From the NCBI GenBank assembly GCA_977862235.1, contig OZ374561.1, positions 1,674,001 to 1,738,000 on the forward strand: 64,000 nucleotides of DNA, read 5' to 3'. Position 1 is the first letter of the stretch; each line of letters opens with the position of its first letter. Position numbers and translations under genes: made by a program. Below, one piece after another: positions 44,251 through 54,842 of this stretch. Origin of the DNA: Dudresnaya verticillata (Eukaryota). The notes under the pieces are model-generated. The model was not told the DNA's origin and made no database searches. It worked only from the letters and a program-made list of their open reading frames with translations.

Positions 44251-46068
44251 AAGGACACCAAACACAGTTATTATGGCATACCTTCGGCTCGATCCTGGTC
44301 CATCGTCACCTGGCTTCATCTTCTAAATTTCTGCAACACTACTTGCAGTACCTACTACCTAACAAGTATCAGGTGTAATCCTTCTCGCAAAGCCATTCTT
44401 GGCAATATAGGCGTCCACTAGCATTGCCACGCACGCTCCAATCGGGAGCTGCTCCAACATGAATCATGGAGACCTGGTCAATGAGCTCGTTTCCGTTGGA
44501 ACCTACAATGCAAATACTTGCCTCTCTTGAGGCTCTCTATTACCGCTGTCTAAGCAAATAGCCCCGCACATGACAGGACACTTCGCCCCTTCGGTCCAAT
44601 GTAGCATGTTGTATTGATGAGCTTTGGTCTTTGCTATTGGCTAGCCAGCGATAATGGGCGACACCATCTTGTATCGACTTTGTCCGTTTGAACAATTCAT
44701 GCCTCATGACCTCCGCAATCATAGAAGAAGAATTAGCCCATGAACGTCCAAAATGAAAGCCTGGAATACCTGTTCCTTTAGGCAAGACTGTTGTCACTTT
44801 GAGTCCAAGAGATACCATACAATCTTGCGGGAAGTCTCGGAAGAGAAGGAATAAGAAGGTCTTGCTTCTAGACTTTTTTTATCAAACGGCCACTGTTTAT
44901 CGGTTTGATACCGTAATGGTCAACGCCTTTTTCAATAGCCGTTTGCAACACTGCCAGTGTTGTCATCTGTTACGCAGTTTGAAAAGATGATTTCCATTCT
45001 TTTCATCGCTGTTGACGTGAAACAAAGTGAAACGAAATAATGACAAGATCTGCACTATAAAAGGGCGAAAGAAAAAGTGTAAAGAAGCAAGATCTGAACA
45101 CGTAGAGAGGAATAGAGAAAGCTTCGTGCATACTTGTCGTGCCTGTTCGAATTGAATAAACACCAAAAAAACATGAAGATACCACGATCTTCTACGCGAT
45201 ACTTATACTATTCATGTTGGTTCACCCAAGAACGGCTGACCATCATATCTCCTTCCATGAAAATGTTGGTGATTTGCAATGCACGGTCTATTGGACAGTA
45301 GTGCTAGACCTGTCTGCCATAATGGTTTTCGACAGGTTTAGTAACTTTTAACTTGCTTTTGCTTTACATTTTTGATTTCTAGGTGTGAGTCTTGCGTAGC
45401 CCAAATGTGGGCAGCAGTCATTAGGTAACATGGACTCACTGCAGGGATACTGCCTCAACAATCAGCTACGGTTCTTTGTTCCTCGAAACAACATAAAGAC
45501 AAGACAAAATAAGAAGCCGTCTCTGCGCTTGAGCCATCCATTGTGACATTTGCCTTCTGTTCGTTGGTTCCATGCGATAGACAAAACAGGCAAAGTCGCG
45601 TTGCGGGAGTTAGAAGCGGTTGGAGCCTCGCTATCGCGAGACAAAGATATAATACCTCCGAATAATAGCGGCTCGGGTAAACTGACATAGACCTAGACAC
45701 CGGTATTGCGAGCCTTTTCCTGGTATAGCCTATTCTTGCGGATGAGTCTCTTGCTAGAGAGTACTGTACACAGCTATGGTCGGGAGGATCATCTCGAAGG
45801 CAACAGATTCTTAAGCGAACAGACGGCTGGCTGTCGTGCGCAAGCTCAAAAGAAGCCGGTCTTTCTGCTCGGCAATGCATGAGGGTTACAACACAATGCG
45901 ATACGACTGCAGATTGACACAAGAGAGTTCAAAATATTGGGAAGGACTTTTACACTCTAACCCTACTACGGAAGCGCAGGTGGGTTTGACGAAAGCAGCA
46001 AAGCCGTCCATACGCACACCGGTTAAAAGAAGCGAACCAGAGCGCGATAGGAGAACCAAACTGGGGGC

Positions 46069-46731
46069 TTAGAAGAGGAGGTTTCCGAGGCTTAGGTTAA
46101 GCACGTCCAGGATGGGGGTGTGAGTAGCGACGCTAGTGGCAACCAAGCAGATGACGCCAAGCATAGCAACACGGCAGTTCCAGAGCTCAGCCTCCTTGGT
46201 AAGGCCACCCTTGAACTCCGGGAAGAGGCCTGCTGGCTCTTCATCGGCCTCTCCCGGTTCGAGCAGGAGCTTGTCCTGGAAGGAGAACGGAGCGATCGCG
46301 GCGGCGACGGACACGAACAAAACGTGGATGTGAGCGACGAGGATGATGGCGCGCTGCATGGAGATAGCCGAGGTATCGCCGAGCATGCCAATAACCCCCC
46401 AGTCACCCGGGAGCGGGACGGATGCGTCCGGGATGAGGCCGTGGCCCTTGCAGTAGCCGGTGGCGACGAGGACGAGGAAGCCGAACATGGCGTGGCGGCC
46501 GTTCCAGCGCTCGGCCTTGACGGTGGCGCCCCAGCCGCGCTCCGCGAAGGCTGGGTACTCGGTCTTGAAGTCGGCCATGGCCTCAGTGAAGACCGGGAGG
46601 ACGCTGCCCATGCGGACGGCGGCGCGCGACGGGGACGCGGCGCGAGCGACGCGGGCGCCCGTGAGCGAGGTGCGCTGCAGTGACGGGGATTGGAAGGACG
46701 GGCGGACGGCGATTGTGGAGATGAAGGCCAT
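46069..46731 (-). CDS. RedCAP: Red-lineage chlorophyll a/b-binding-like protein (RedCAP), plastid
   Basis: MAF transit peptide. LHC-like helices GWGATVKAERWNGRHAMFG and EAELWNCRVAMLG. PFSFQDKLLL. Confidence 0.88.
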   Translation of the reverse strand: MAFISTIAVRPSFQSPSLQRTSLTGARVARAASPSRAAVRMGSVLPVFTEAMADFKTEYPAFAERGWGATVKAERWNGRHAMFGFLVLVATGYCKGHGLIPDASVPLPGDWGVIGMLGDTSAISMQRAIILVAHIHVLFVSVAAAIAPFSFQDKLLLEPGEADEEPAGLFPEFKGGLTKEAELWNCRVAMLGVICLVATSVATHTPILDVLNLSLGNLLF

Positions 46732-47470
46732 GGTTGGGGGGAGTGGGGGGCGTGCGGGGGATAGGGTTAGTGGGGCGGTTGGGCGATGGTGAAGGTGGAG
46801 CGATCGAGGACGTGAGGGGGAAGTCGACGGGGGGGTGGTTTTTGTATGTCGGGAAGGTTTTTGCTGGGCTTGGGGGCTTTCTTCCGAGGAGGAGGCGGTC
46901 GCCAGCGAGAGCGCGAGATCTGTTGTGGAGCATGCAACGTGTGGCTATTGGCGAGAGGGCCCGTGCTGCCAGGGTTAGTTCTTCAGCGGGATATTTCCGC
47001 TCCACCCAATCAGTGCTCACAGCCTTAACAAGTGTTGCGATATTTGTGAAAAACAACTGCAAAACAACTCATCGCCGTTCTCCCCAAATATCTGCCCCTC
47101 TGCCCACCCTTCCGGTGCTTCCCTGCAAATGGGACAGCAAATATTGGAGCTCGAATCGAGAACCGAAAAACATTCCCAGTTTTCCACTTTTCCCAAATCT
47201 TTCGCAAAATATTTCGCAAAATTCACATTTTTCGCCGCCCCCCCCCGCCCGTCGTCCATTGCTGCAGATCCCGATCTCCTCTGCCATCCCGCCGAACGCC
47301 GCACGACAAAGCCCAGCCACAACCCCACACTCTGCCCTCGCGCTGCGCTGCGCTGCCTCCTCAAGCCATCATCCCAGTGGGGGGAGCCCGCGATCCGCAT
47401 CCATGCCCGCCCTCGCCGCGCCCCCCCGTCCCTCCGCTCCCCCCCTTGCCGCCCCTCCACCCCATCCGCC

Positions 47471-48352
47471 ATGAACGCCCCAGCCTTCCTCACCGCCACC
47501 CCACTCGCCTTGTCGCGCGGCCCGGCCCTCGTCTCCGCGCGATGCGCTCGCCGCCCGCTCGCCGTGGCGCCGCGCCGCCGCCGCGTCCCCCCCGCCCCGC
47601 GCATGTCCACAGAGGCCACCGTCGGCGCCGCCGTCAAGACTGAGCCCGTCGGACAGCCGGAGACGCTCGAGTACCGCCTGTTCTACAAGTCCGCTGTCGG
47701 TGCTGCCGTCTCGCCGTGGCACGACCTCCCGCTGCGCCCCGGCGTCACTCCCAATGTTGTCAACTTTGTCAACGAGATCCCGCGCGGCACCCAGGCTAAG
47801 ATGGAGATTGCTACCGATGAGCCGACCACCCCCATCAAGCAGGACATCAAGAAGGGTGCCTTGCGCTTCTACAAGTGGGGCCCCAGCTCTGTCAACTATG
47901 GTGCCGTCCCGCAGACGTGGGAAGACCCTTCCACTGTCCACCCAGAGTTAAACGTCAACGGCGATGGAGATCCAGTTGATGTTACGGAAATAGGAGAGAA
48001 GATTATGCCGTTTGGTGCTGTGTACCCTGTGAAGGTCCTTGGCTGTTTGGCCTTGCTGGACGAGGGTGAGATTGACTGGAAGGTTATTGCCATCAATGTT
48101 GATGATCCCATGGCCGATCAGCTGAACGATATTGCTGATGTCGAGAAGCTCATGCCGGGTAAGGTTGATGAGGTCAGGCAGTGGTTCCGTATGTACAAGA
48201 CTGCGGAAGGCAAGGGAGAGAACGAGTATGCATATAATGGTGAGGCGAAGGGTGCTGCCTTTGCATTGAAGGTTGTGGAGGAGACTCACGAGAGCTGGAA
48301 AAAGCTGAAGAATGGTGAGATTCCCAATGAAGATGACCTGTGGTTGAGTTAA
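47471..48352 (+). CDS. Plastid soluble inorganic pyrophosphatase (family I)
   Basis: SPWHD, EIPRGTQAKME, NYGAVPQTWEDP, GDGDPVDV, DEGEIDWKV, transit-like N-terminus. Confidence 0.95.
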   Translation: MNAPAFLTATPLALSRGPALVSARCARRPLAVAPRRRRVPPAPRMSTEATVGAAVKTEPVGQPETLEYRLFYKSAVGAAVSPWHDLPLRPGVTPNVVNFVNEIPRGTQAKMEIATDEPTTPIKQDIKKGALRFYKWGPSSVNYGAVPQTWEDPSTVHPELNVNGDGDPVDVTEIGEKIMPFGAVYPVKVLGCLALLDEGEIDWKVIAINVDDPMADQLNDIADVEKLMPGKVDEVRQWFRMYKTAEGKGENEYAYNGEAKGAAFALKVVEETHESWKKLKNGEIPNEDDLWLS

Positions 48353-48353
48353 G

Positions 48354-48577
48354 GTATGTCATTCCAATGTCTTTCGAGTCTTGTTCGCGCCAAGGAGGAC
48401 TTTTTATTAGCTCTATCGGAAAATCGCTATTCAACTGGCGACAGGACGACAGTTTGAACTTTTCGTTCAACATCGACCATAGCCTGAGGCGTGCATTGTG
48501 ATCTCAAATTTGCATCAATATGGATCAATATCACAGTATCGCTGACCTTCGTTACCTCTGTTGTTTTGTGTGTGCAG
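48354..48577 (+). other. Putative 3'-UTR intron directly after the PPase stop codon
   Basis: TAAG|GTATGT donor, GCTGAC branch point at 48541, U-rich tract, TGCAG acceptor at 48577. Confidence 0.55.
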
Positions 48578-49277
48578 TTGCATGCGGCATTCCTCGTCGT
48601 ACATTTTGTCAGTCCTTGAGGAGGCGGCCTTCTGCGTGCCTGTTACTTTTCAGAATGGTGAAGTCTGGGAGCTTCGCTTTTGCTGCCGCATGATTATAAA
48701 CCAGCTAACGTCCCCAAGCCTTTGACGTTGTCTTTGGACTCTTCAGAGCAACGTCACGCCGGACGAGCGTGCCGGCTGCGGCATTGCTGTGATCTGAATA
48801 ACTTTTGTTTCTCCCTCGCACCCCTGCTCCTTTTTTCTGCCCCTGGCCGAAAAGAGTAGTTTACTTTCCATCCAGATAACACTGTCCTACTCGAAGCGTT
48901 TGTCTAGGCATACGTTTGCGCTTTGAGTTGTACTGTTAGGTACTCCTTCGGCTTGCATACTTGCGTGCGCTATTGCACGTAGCATGCCTCCTTGCTGCTG
49001 GCTTGCTCGAGAGCATGTACCGGGAGCTGACTTGCGCATGGCATTTTCTGTCGTTGTGTGGTCTTGAAAATGTAGCGCATCCTATGCCATTACTGCTGAA
49101 CATGTATAGAAGTTCGTACGGACTTTATGGATCTATATCTGCTCTGTTGTTAGGAACCGAGCCCTCTAAAGTGAGAATGCAGTTGTGTCATTGAAATATC
49201 TACTGCAGCGTTTGGCTTGGTTCCTTTTCAGTTCAGTTGGGTTTAGTTTTCTATAACATGTCTGAAACTAAGACCTT

Positions 49278-50193
49278 TTATGGTCTAACTATGCCTCGAC
49301 CAGTATGGTTCATAACAGCGGTGACAACATCCGGAGCATAGTGCTCATCAACCTGGCTAACCTCCAGTGGGACGATGTGACATCCAAGTAGACCAGGGCC
49401 GCTCCATCTCCTCGGTATGAGATTGAGCGTGACCAACTCGCCGCTGTTATCTTCTCCTCGTCGGACGATCACGTCGATAGGCTGGTTCTCATGCTCACGC
49501 AGCAGGCCTGGAAGGGCGGCCATGGCCAGTTGCGGGGTCGCAAACGCACGCAGGGAAACGGCCCCGAAGGAAACTATACGGTCATTCACGAGCAGGCCGG
49601 CAGCGGCAGCTGGAGAATTATCTGTGACCATGTCAGTAAGCGCGAATGCGGGGCGTATCGGGGCGCTTGGACGTTCCGGCTGTGCAGGAGCCTCGGCAGG
49701 CGGCTCTGCAGCATCTCCAGACTGGCTGGACGGGCCGTCTGGGAGTGGCTGTGAGCTGCTTGATGCGGCCGGAGCGCCAGCTTGCTGCTGTCGTTCACTT
49801 TCCGAAGGAGGTGCAAGGGCTATGTGCAGGTACTTCTCAATTTCTGCAGAGATTGCTTTGTGGTCTGTCTTCAGCATTGCAAAACGGTTCCGCTGTGAGC
49901 GCACTGCGTGGACGTCGATGTCGGCTCGTGGGAAGCCTTCGCTGTCCACAAGGTTACCTGACCTTCCTGGGCCGCCGTTCGTCTTTGTGTCGCATGCAAG
50001 GTTTCGGGGTAGGTGGTTAGGATTGTCTTTTTGTAAGCATTGATGGACTGCGCGATTCTCGCAGCTGGTAGTGGAGCGTTAAGTGTCAGAGCAAGATTTT
50101 CCGTACCGTTAGTGTGGAAATGATGGCGTCCATTTCCGCTTCGATGGCATCGCGCTTCTTAACCAACTCCAATGCCTTTTGTCTCGCCGACAT
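49278..50193 (-). CDS. PSMD9: 26S proteasome assembly chaperone PSMD9/Nas2 (PDZ). Two exons (50107-50193, 49278-49982).
   Basis: LVDSEGFPRADIDVHAVR, SPAAAAGL..DRIVSFG, WSGPGLLGCHI. 124-nt intron 49983-50106 (GTACGG..CTAAC..AAG), in frame. Confidence 0.93.
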
Positions 50194-50637
50194 TTCGCGC
50201 TCGTATCCCATCGAACCTGGTTCCTGTCCGGCGAAGGAGGACGAGAAAGCACGCGTGTGAGCGTTGATATCTGAGAATGTTGGAGCCGAACACCGGCCTT
50301 TTCAAGAGTCTTTGAACACTTTTCGGGAACAGCAAGGGTTGCCTGCGGGATAGGAAGCAAATCCAGTTTTTTTTTAGCTGCTTGGCGGTGGAGGGATCAT
50401 CGTGTTACATGATCGGCATGTGGAGAGGCGTGACTATCGTCACACCGCGTGACGCCCCAAAAGCTCAAGACGTAGATCGTACTTGCAACAACACTTGCAA
50501 CAGCTGAGAAGAACAGAGCATGAAAGCAACGGCTGCCACCCTGTTGCATGTCTTGTTCCGGGGAAGAAGGCACTGCGATTTGAATGGAGAGTATGAAGAC
50601 GATCTGTGGGCGCAAGTGAGCTTCTAAGAACAACGCC

Positions 50638-51603
50638 ATGACAGCCAATGTGACGGCTAGGCAGAAGATTGCCAACGTCGTGACCGGCGCTCGAGCCAAG
50701 GCGCCGGCATGGGTCCCACCTCCTGCAAAGCCAATTTCCCTCCCGAGTCATGTTGTGCACGTCTGGAAAGTTGCTTTGTTGAACAAAGAGCTCTTGAAGC
50801 TCAGCGAACGATTGTTATCACCCGAGGAAAAGTACCGTGCGAACAACTATGGGAGCCCCAAGGTATGTATGAGCAGCATAGGTTTCAGTCCGCGTCATAT
50901 GTCCTATTGGATGAGCTTCGAAGCGGTAGCTGAGACAAAACTCTTGTTCACCTTCTTGCTGGCACTGCGAGCTTCGTTAACGCGTCGTTAGCTACGCAGC
51001 ACATTCACAGCTGCACGCACTGGGTTACGGCAAGTCCTCTCCCGATATCTCTTTGGCACAGCACCGCAGGATATCAAGTTCACAACTCAGAGATTGGGTA
51101 AGCCAATATTTTCAGAGACTCATCTTCACGGGATGCACTTCAACATTTCGCACACGGATGAAACCGCACTCATCGCGGTCGCGAAGGGAGTAGATGTCGG
51201 CATTGATATGGAGCGACAGGACAGGATGCTTTCCACGCTTGATTCTTTGATCAAGAGGCGTTTGACTGATCGAGAGCAGAACGAAATATTTGCCTTCTCG
51301 ATGGACGCGGATCAACAGCTAGACGCGGAACAGTTACGGCTCAACTTTCTGAGGTGTTGGACAAGGAAAGAAGCCTTCGTCAAATGCACTGGCGACGGTA
51401 TCCTTCGCGGCTTCACCTCAGTTGAAGTAAACGTCGATATGGAGCATCCACGAATTTTGTCCGTGGACGGGGTCGCAGAAGGTGAGCATGGCTGGTCTCT
51501 TTACGATATCGACGATGGCAAGAAGCACTTTGCCTCCTTAGTCGCTGCCACTCAAGAAGACCTAACTGTATGTCGCTTCAACTGGGAACCAGAACTGGAG
51601 TGA
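50638..51603 (+). CDS. Sfp-type 4'-phosphopantetheinyl transferase. Two exons (50638-50862, 50992-51603).
   Basis: LLSPEEKYRA, GKP, FNISHT, VGIDME, WTRKEAFVKCTGDG. 129-nt intron 50863-50991 (GTATGT..TAG), in frame. Confidence 0.92.
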
Positions 51604-51917
51604 GGGAAGAAGGTAACGCCACAGCCGCTGCGGTTACTACTATCCAAGACATCCGGGATAAAGAGATGTTTGTTCATGCCGCCTGCAGCTGAAGTATCAG
51701 AAAGGCGTTCAAAAAACCTAGGAAAAGGGGACCCAGAAATGACGACGAGACCTGAGACTGCTGAAACCAGGGCCATGTTAAGCCTTCTTGTCATCACTTC
51801 TGGGCGCTGAGATCAACGTTCTGCACTTCCAGAGGCCTTCAGTTGCTGTTCGGGAATTGTACCGCCCGGTGCCATAGCCTTAACATTAGAGACGATAAGA
51901 ACATCTTGGGGTCGAAA

Positions 51918-53159
51918 ATGGCCTTCTGTTCACCGCCAGCTCTTGGCACACGGAGTTTTGAGGGGACCAACTTTGCATACCGTTGCCGGAATCGAAAGCT
52001 ACTATTGACATGTCGAAGACGAAATCCACAAAAAGTTCAAGCTATTGCGCTACCACCTGCACCAACGCTACTGCTGCTGTCCGCGGCATCAACTCATCCG
52101 TTATTACCTCGATCGATACGAGGCCCGCCTGCTTCATTCCTAGGTGCGGCACTGCTCGTCAATCTGGCTTTGCTCCCAGCAAATTCTCAATGCTATTCAG
52201 CTCTCATTGACATTGCTCCTGCTGCTGTTTGCCTGTTTCTGTTTCCACAGAAGGAAGCTGCGGGGTTGGCAAAGGTTGATGGCGTTCGAAGCTTGATTGC
52301 AGCATTTCTTATTGGAGCAGCTGGTACCGTGATAGGGGCTATCGTGGCCGGTCTATTTTGCCCGCTCTCTGCTTCACTGCGGTGGCAGGTCGTAGCTGCC
52401 TTTGCCGCAACATACATTGGAGGCTCTATCAACTACCTCGGTGTTGTTCAGGCTCTCAAGGTCCCTGCGGAAGTAGCTGCGGCAGGTATGGCGGCAGATT
52501 TGATTGCCATGGTCTTCTATTTTGGAGGACTGTTTGCTCTTGCTACAGGCGTTAAGGGTGACGGCGACGGTGAAGGCTTAGCCCCAGAAAGCGATGCAAC
52601 AGACTATCATGGCTCTCGTATAAGGCAGTTGCTCCTTTTGGTCTTTCCGGTCGCCTTGACGGTCTGTATTGGGTTTGCTTCGCGTGTACTTGCTTATCGC
52701 TACACTCTTCCTAGTGGCGCGGACCTTCTCCTTATGTCAACAATGGCCGCAATACTAGGACGGTCTCGAATTCTACGACCATACTTGCGTGAATCCGGAA
52801 GAGTTGGTGATTTTACGATAACAGTGTTCTTCGCCGCTCTCGGAGCATCTGCTCGGTTTTCAGCAGCACTCACTGCATCTCCTGGTGTGCTGGGAATAGC
52901 ACTTACGGTGCTTGCCGTTCATGCCCTCTTCATGGGTATTGTGGGGCGTCTTTGCCTACGCCTTCCCCTTAGACAGCTGCTTCTGGCTTCTAACGCCAAT
53001 ATTGGCGGTGCATCCACGGCTGCAGCATTTGCCGCTGCCTGCGGATGGAGGGGGCTTGTTCCTGGCGCAATACTAGTAGGGACCTTGGGATACCTCCTTG
53101 GGACTCCTACAGGACTGACTATTAGTGCGATTGCTGACAAGATGGGTTTCGGCCTGTAA
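51918..53159 (+). CDS. DUF819 (YjcL-like) multi-pass membrane protein, probably plastid
   Basis: MAF transit-like start, ATYIGGSINY, ASNANIGGASTAAAFA, LVGTLGYLLGT. Confidence 0.85.
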   Translation: MAFCSPPALGTRSFEGTNFAYRCRNRKLLLTCRRRNPQKVQAIALPPAPTLLLLSAASTHPLLPRSIRGPPASFLGAALLVNLALLPANSQCYSALIDIAPAAVCLFLFPQKEAAGLAKVDGVRSLIAAFLIGAAGTVIGAIVAGLFCPLSASLRWQVVAAFAATYIGGSINYLGVVQALKVPAEVAAAGMAADLIAMVFYFGGLFALATGVKGDGDGEGLAPESDATDYHGSRIRQLLLLVFPVALTVCIGFASRVLAYRYTLPSGADLLLMSTMAAILGRSRILRPYLRESGRVGDFTITVFFAALGASARFSAALTASPGVLGIALTVLAVHALFMGIVGRLCLRLPLRQLLLASNANIGGASTAAAFAAACGWRGLVPGAILVGTLGYLLGTPTGLTISAIADKMGFGL

Positions 53160-53378
53160 ACGCCTGATCGCACCGCAGCGACACAAACTGGACATATTTC
53201 ACCGAAGGCTCTGGGAAGATGTATTTTTTGAATCAGCGGGTTTACTCACTAGAGCTGTCACTGCAAAAAGTTATTCATCCAGAAGCTACACGACGGCCAG
53301 CTGGTCGTAAATGTAAAACTTTCTCAGCCAGCAACTCAGAACGCGTAAAAGTGGCCAGTTTCCGTACATCTCTATCCG

Positions 53379-54473
53379 CTATGCCCGAAGCTGTTCAGGC
53401 AAGTTGGACAGCATTTCCGCCTTCAAGTCACATAGGTAGCCCCGCAGGGAGTCTGGATTGATGTTATGGCCGTCAGTCTCAATGCATCTTTGAATAAAAT
53501 TCTTAATCCGCCGCTGAACTAAGACTTCTTCGTTCTTGGACAGACTTTCCTCGGCGTTGTGAGACCTGGCAAGCGGCTTGCGCGGAATACGCTCCGTATC
53601 GTCCAAGGCGGACTTCCTCTTAGCCTCCTTTCTCTGCTGCACCGCGTCTTCCCGCAAGACGTCGTTGACAATCTCCTCGTCATTCGTAGCGTTGAGTAGG
53701 CCTAGGTCCTCTTGCTGCGGGGCGCCGACAAAGTCCCCACGATCAACGATATACTTCGCACGAGCGGCTTCGTATAAGGCCATACACTCCCAACAGCGGC
53801 ACATGAAGGTTCTGAAGCCAGGAACCCAAAGATAGTCAATCGTTCCCGCCTTCCTGTGGATGTTTGTACTGCGCGGACGAGTGCACTCCCCACGCTTGCT
53901 CTGCTGCGGAAGGTCCAGCCCTTCTTCCCATGCATTGAGAACCTCGTAATACTCCGCCAAAACGGGAAGCTTTTGGACGCAGTCACAGCATGTGAATTCA
54001 TATCCGTCCTCGATATTTGACGGGTTAGTGATGCTCGCACGATCAGAGGAATCAGTCTTGTAGCAGTCCTCGTGGAACCAATCCTCGCACATTGCGCACT
54101 GCGCCATAGCTAGGCGGTAGTCATAGAGACTGTCGCAACGGCAGTAGCGCCCCTCAAAGTTGTGTGAGTACGAGTGCTCGTTGCCGGTGTTGAGGTCATC
54201 CTTATCCGGCTGCAGGTAGCAGGTGTTTTTGGCGCGGGTGTTGCCGCAGTCGCAGCGGAACGCACGCTTTGTGTAGAGCTCGAAAGTCGACTCCATGTGG
54301 TCTGCATGGCACGTGTCTCGGCATCCCCGACAGAAACCCGAAAATTGTCCCTTCGCGGCGCGGGTGCACTTGTGGCATGCGTAGAGGTCCTGGCGAACGT
54401 AGCCCAGGTCATACGTGCACGGTCGGTTAATCTTGCGGCTCTTGCCGGATGAGCGCCGCTTCGACTTCGGCAT
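53379..54473 (-). CDS. UBR7: UBR-box/PHD E3 ubiquitin ligase UBR7-like
   Basis: CTYDLGYVRQDLYAC, ELYTKRAFRCDCGN, YSHNFEGRYCRC, MAQCAMCEDWFH. Confidence 0.93.
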   Translation of the reverse strand: MPKSKRRSSGKSRKINRPCTYDLGYVRQDLYACHKCTRAAKGQFSGFCRGCRDTCHADHMESTFELYTKRAFRCDCGNTRAKNTCYLQPDKDDLNTGNEHSYSHNFEGRYCRCDSLYDYRLAMAQCAMCEDWFHEDCYKTDSSDRASITNPSNIEDGYEFTCCDCVQKLPVLAEYYEVLNAWEEGLDLPQQSKRGECTRPRSTNIHRKAGTIDYLWVPGFRTFMCRCWECMALYEAARAKYIVDRGDFVGAPQQEDLGLLNATNDEEIVNDVLREDAVQQRKEAKRKSALDDTERIPRKPLARSHNAEESLSKNEEVLVQRRIKNFIQRCIETDGHNINPDSLRGYLCDLKAEMLSNLPEQLRA

Positions 54474-54800
54474 GGCTGAGCGGCGGTCTGTCTATTGCAG
54501 AGCGAGGGCTGAGCAGGCAGAGCGGGCGGGGATCTGCGCGGGCAGGTTGGCGGGTGGGGAGAAGGGGGAGAACGGCGCGGGAACGCGCGAGAAGCGTTGA
54601 GGCAAATAGCGTTAGGGCGGAAGCTGAGTTGATGTCAGAATCTGGCCAGAATTAGAAGGATCAAATGGGCAGGCAACGTTTCGATTCGCCATGGGGGTTT
54701 TCTTTAAATATTACCGAATTACCGAATAAATCATCAGCGTATGAGCGACGAACAGCTGTGCCCGTGCCCCGCATCTGGTCAGCTGTCGAGAACTTTCGCG

Positions 54801-54842
54801 CGGCTTCTGGATGAGCCCCCACGGTTTCTGGATGAGCCTCAC
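54801..54842. repeat. 21-bp tandem duplication
   Basis: cggcttctggatgagccccca / cggtttctggatgagcctcac. Confidence 0.75.

Noticed and set aside
45199..45300. ATACTTA start resembling the U1 snRNA 5' end
   Set aside because: Diverges from ATACTTACCTG and no U1 stem-loops or Sm site are evident.
50397..50699. 100-aa hydrophobic ORF on the - strand
   Set aside because: Non-ATG start, overlaps the PPTase start and the shared promoter, no family motif.
54660..54700. TTCGATTC resembling a tRNA T-loop
   Set aside because: No cloverleaf or A-box can be built.
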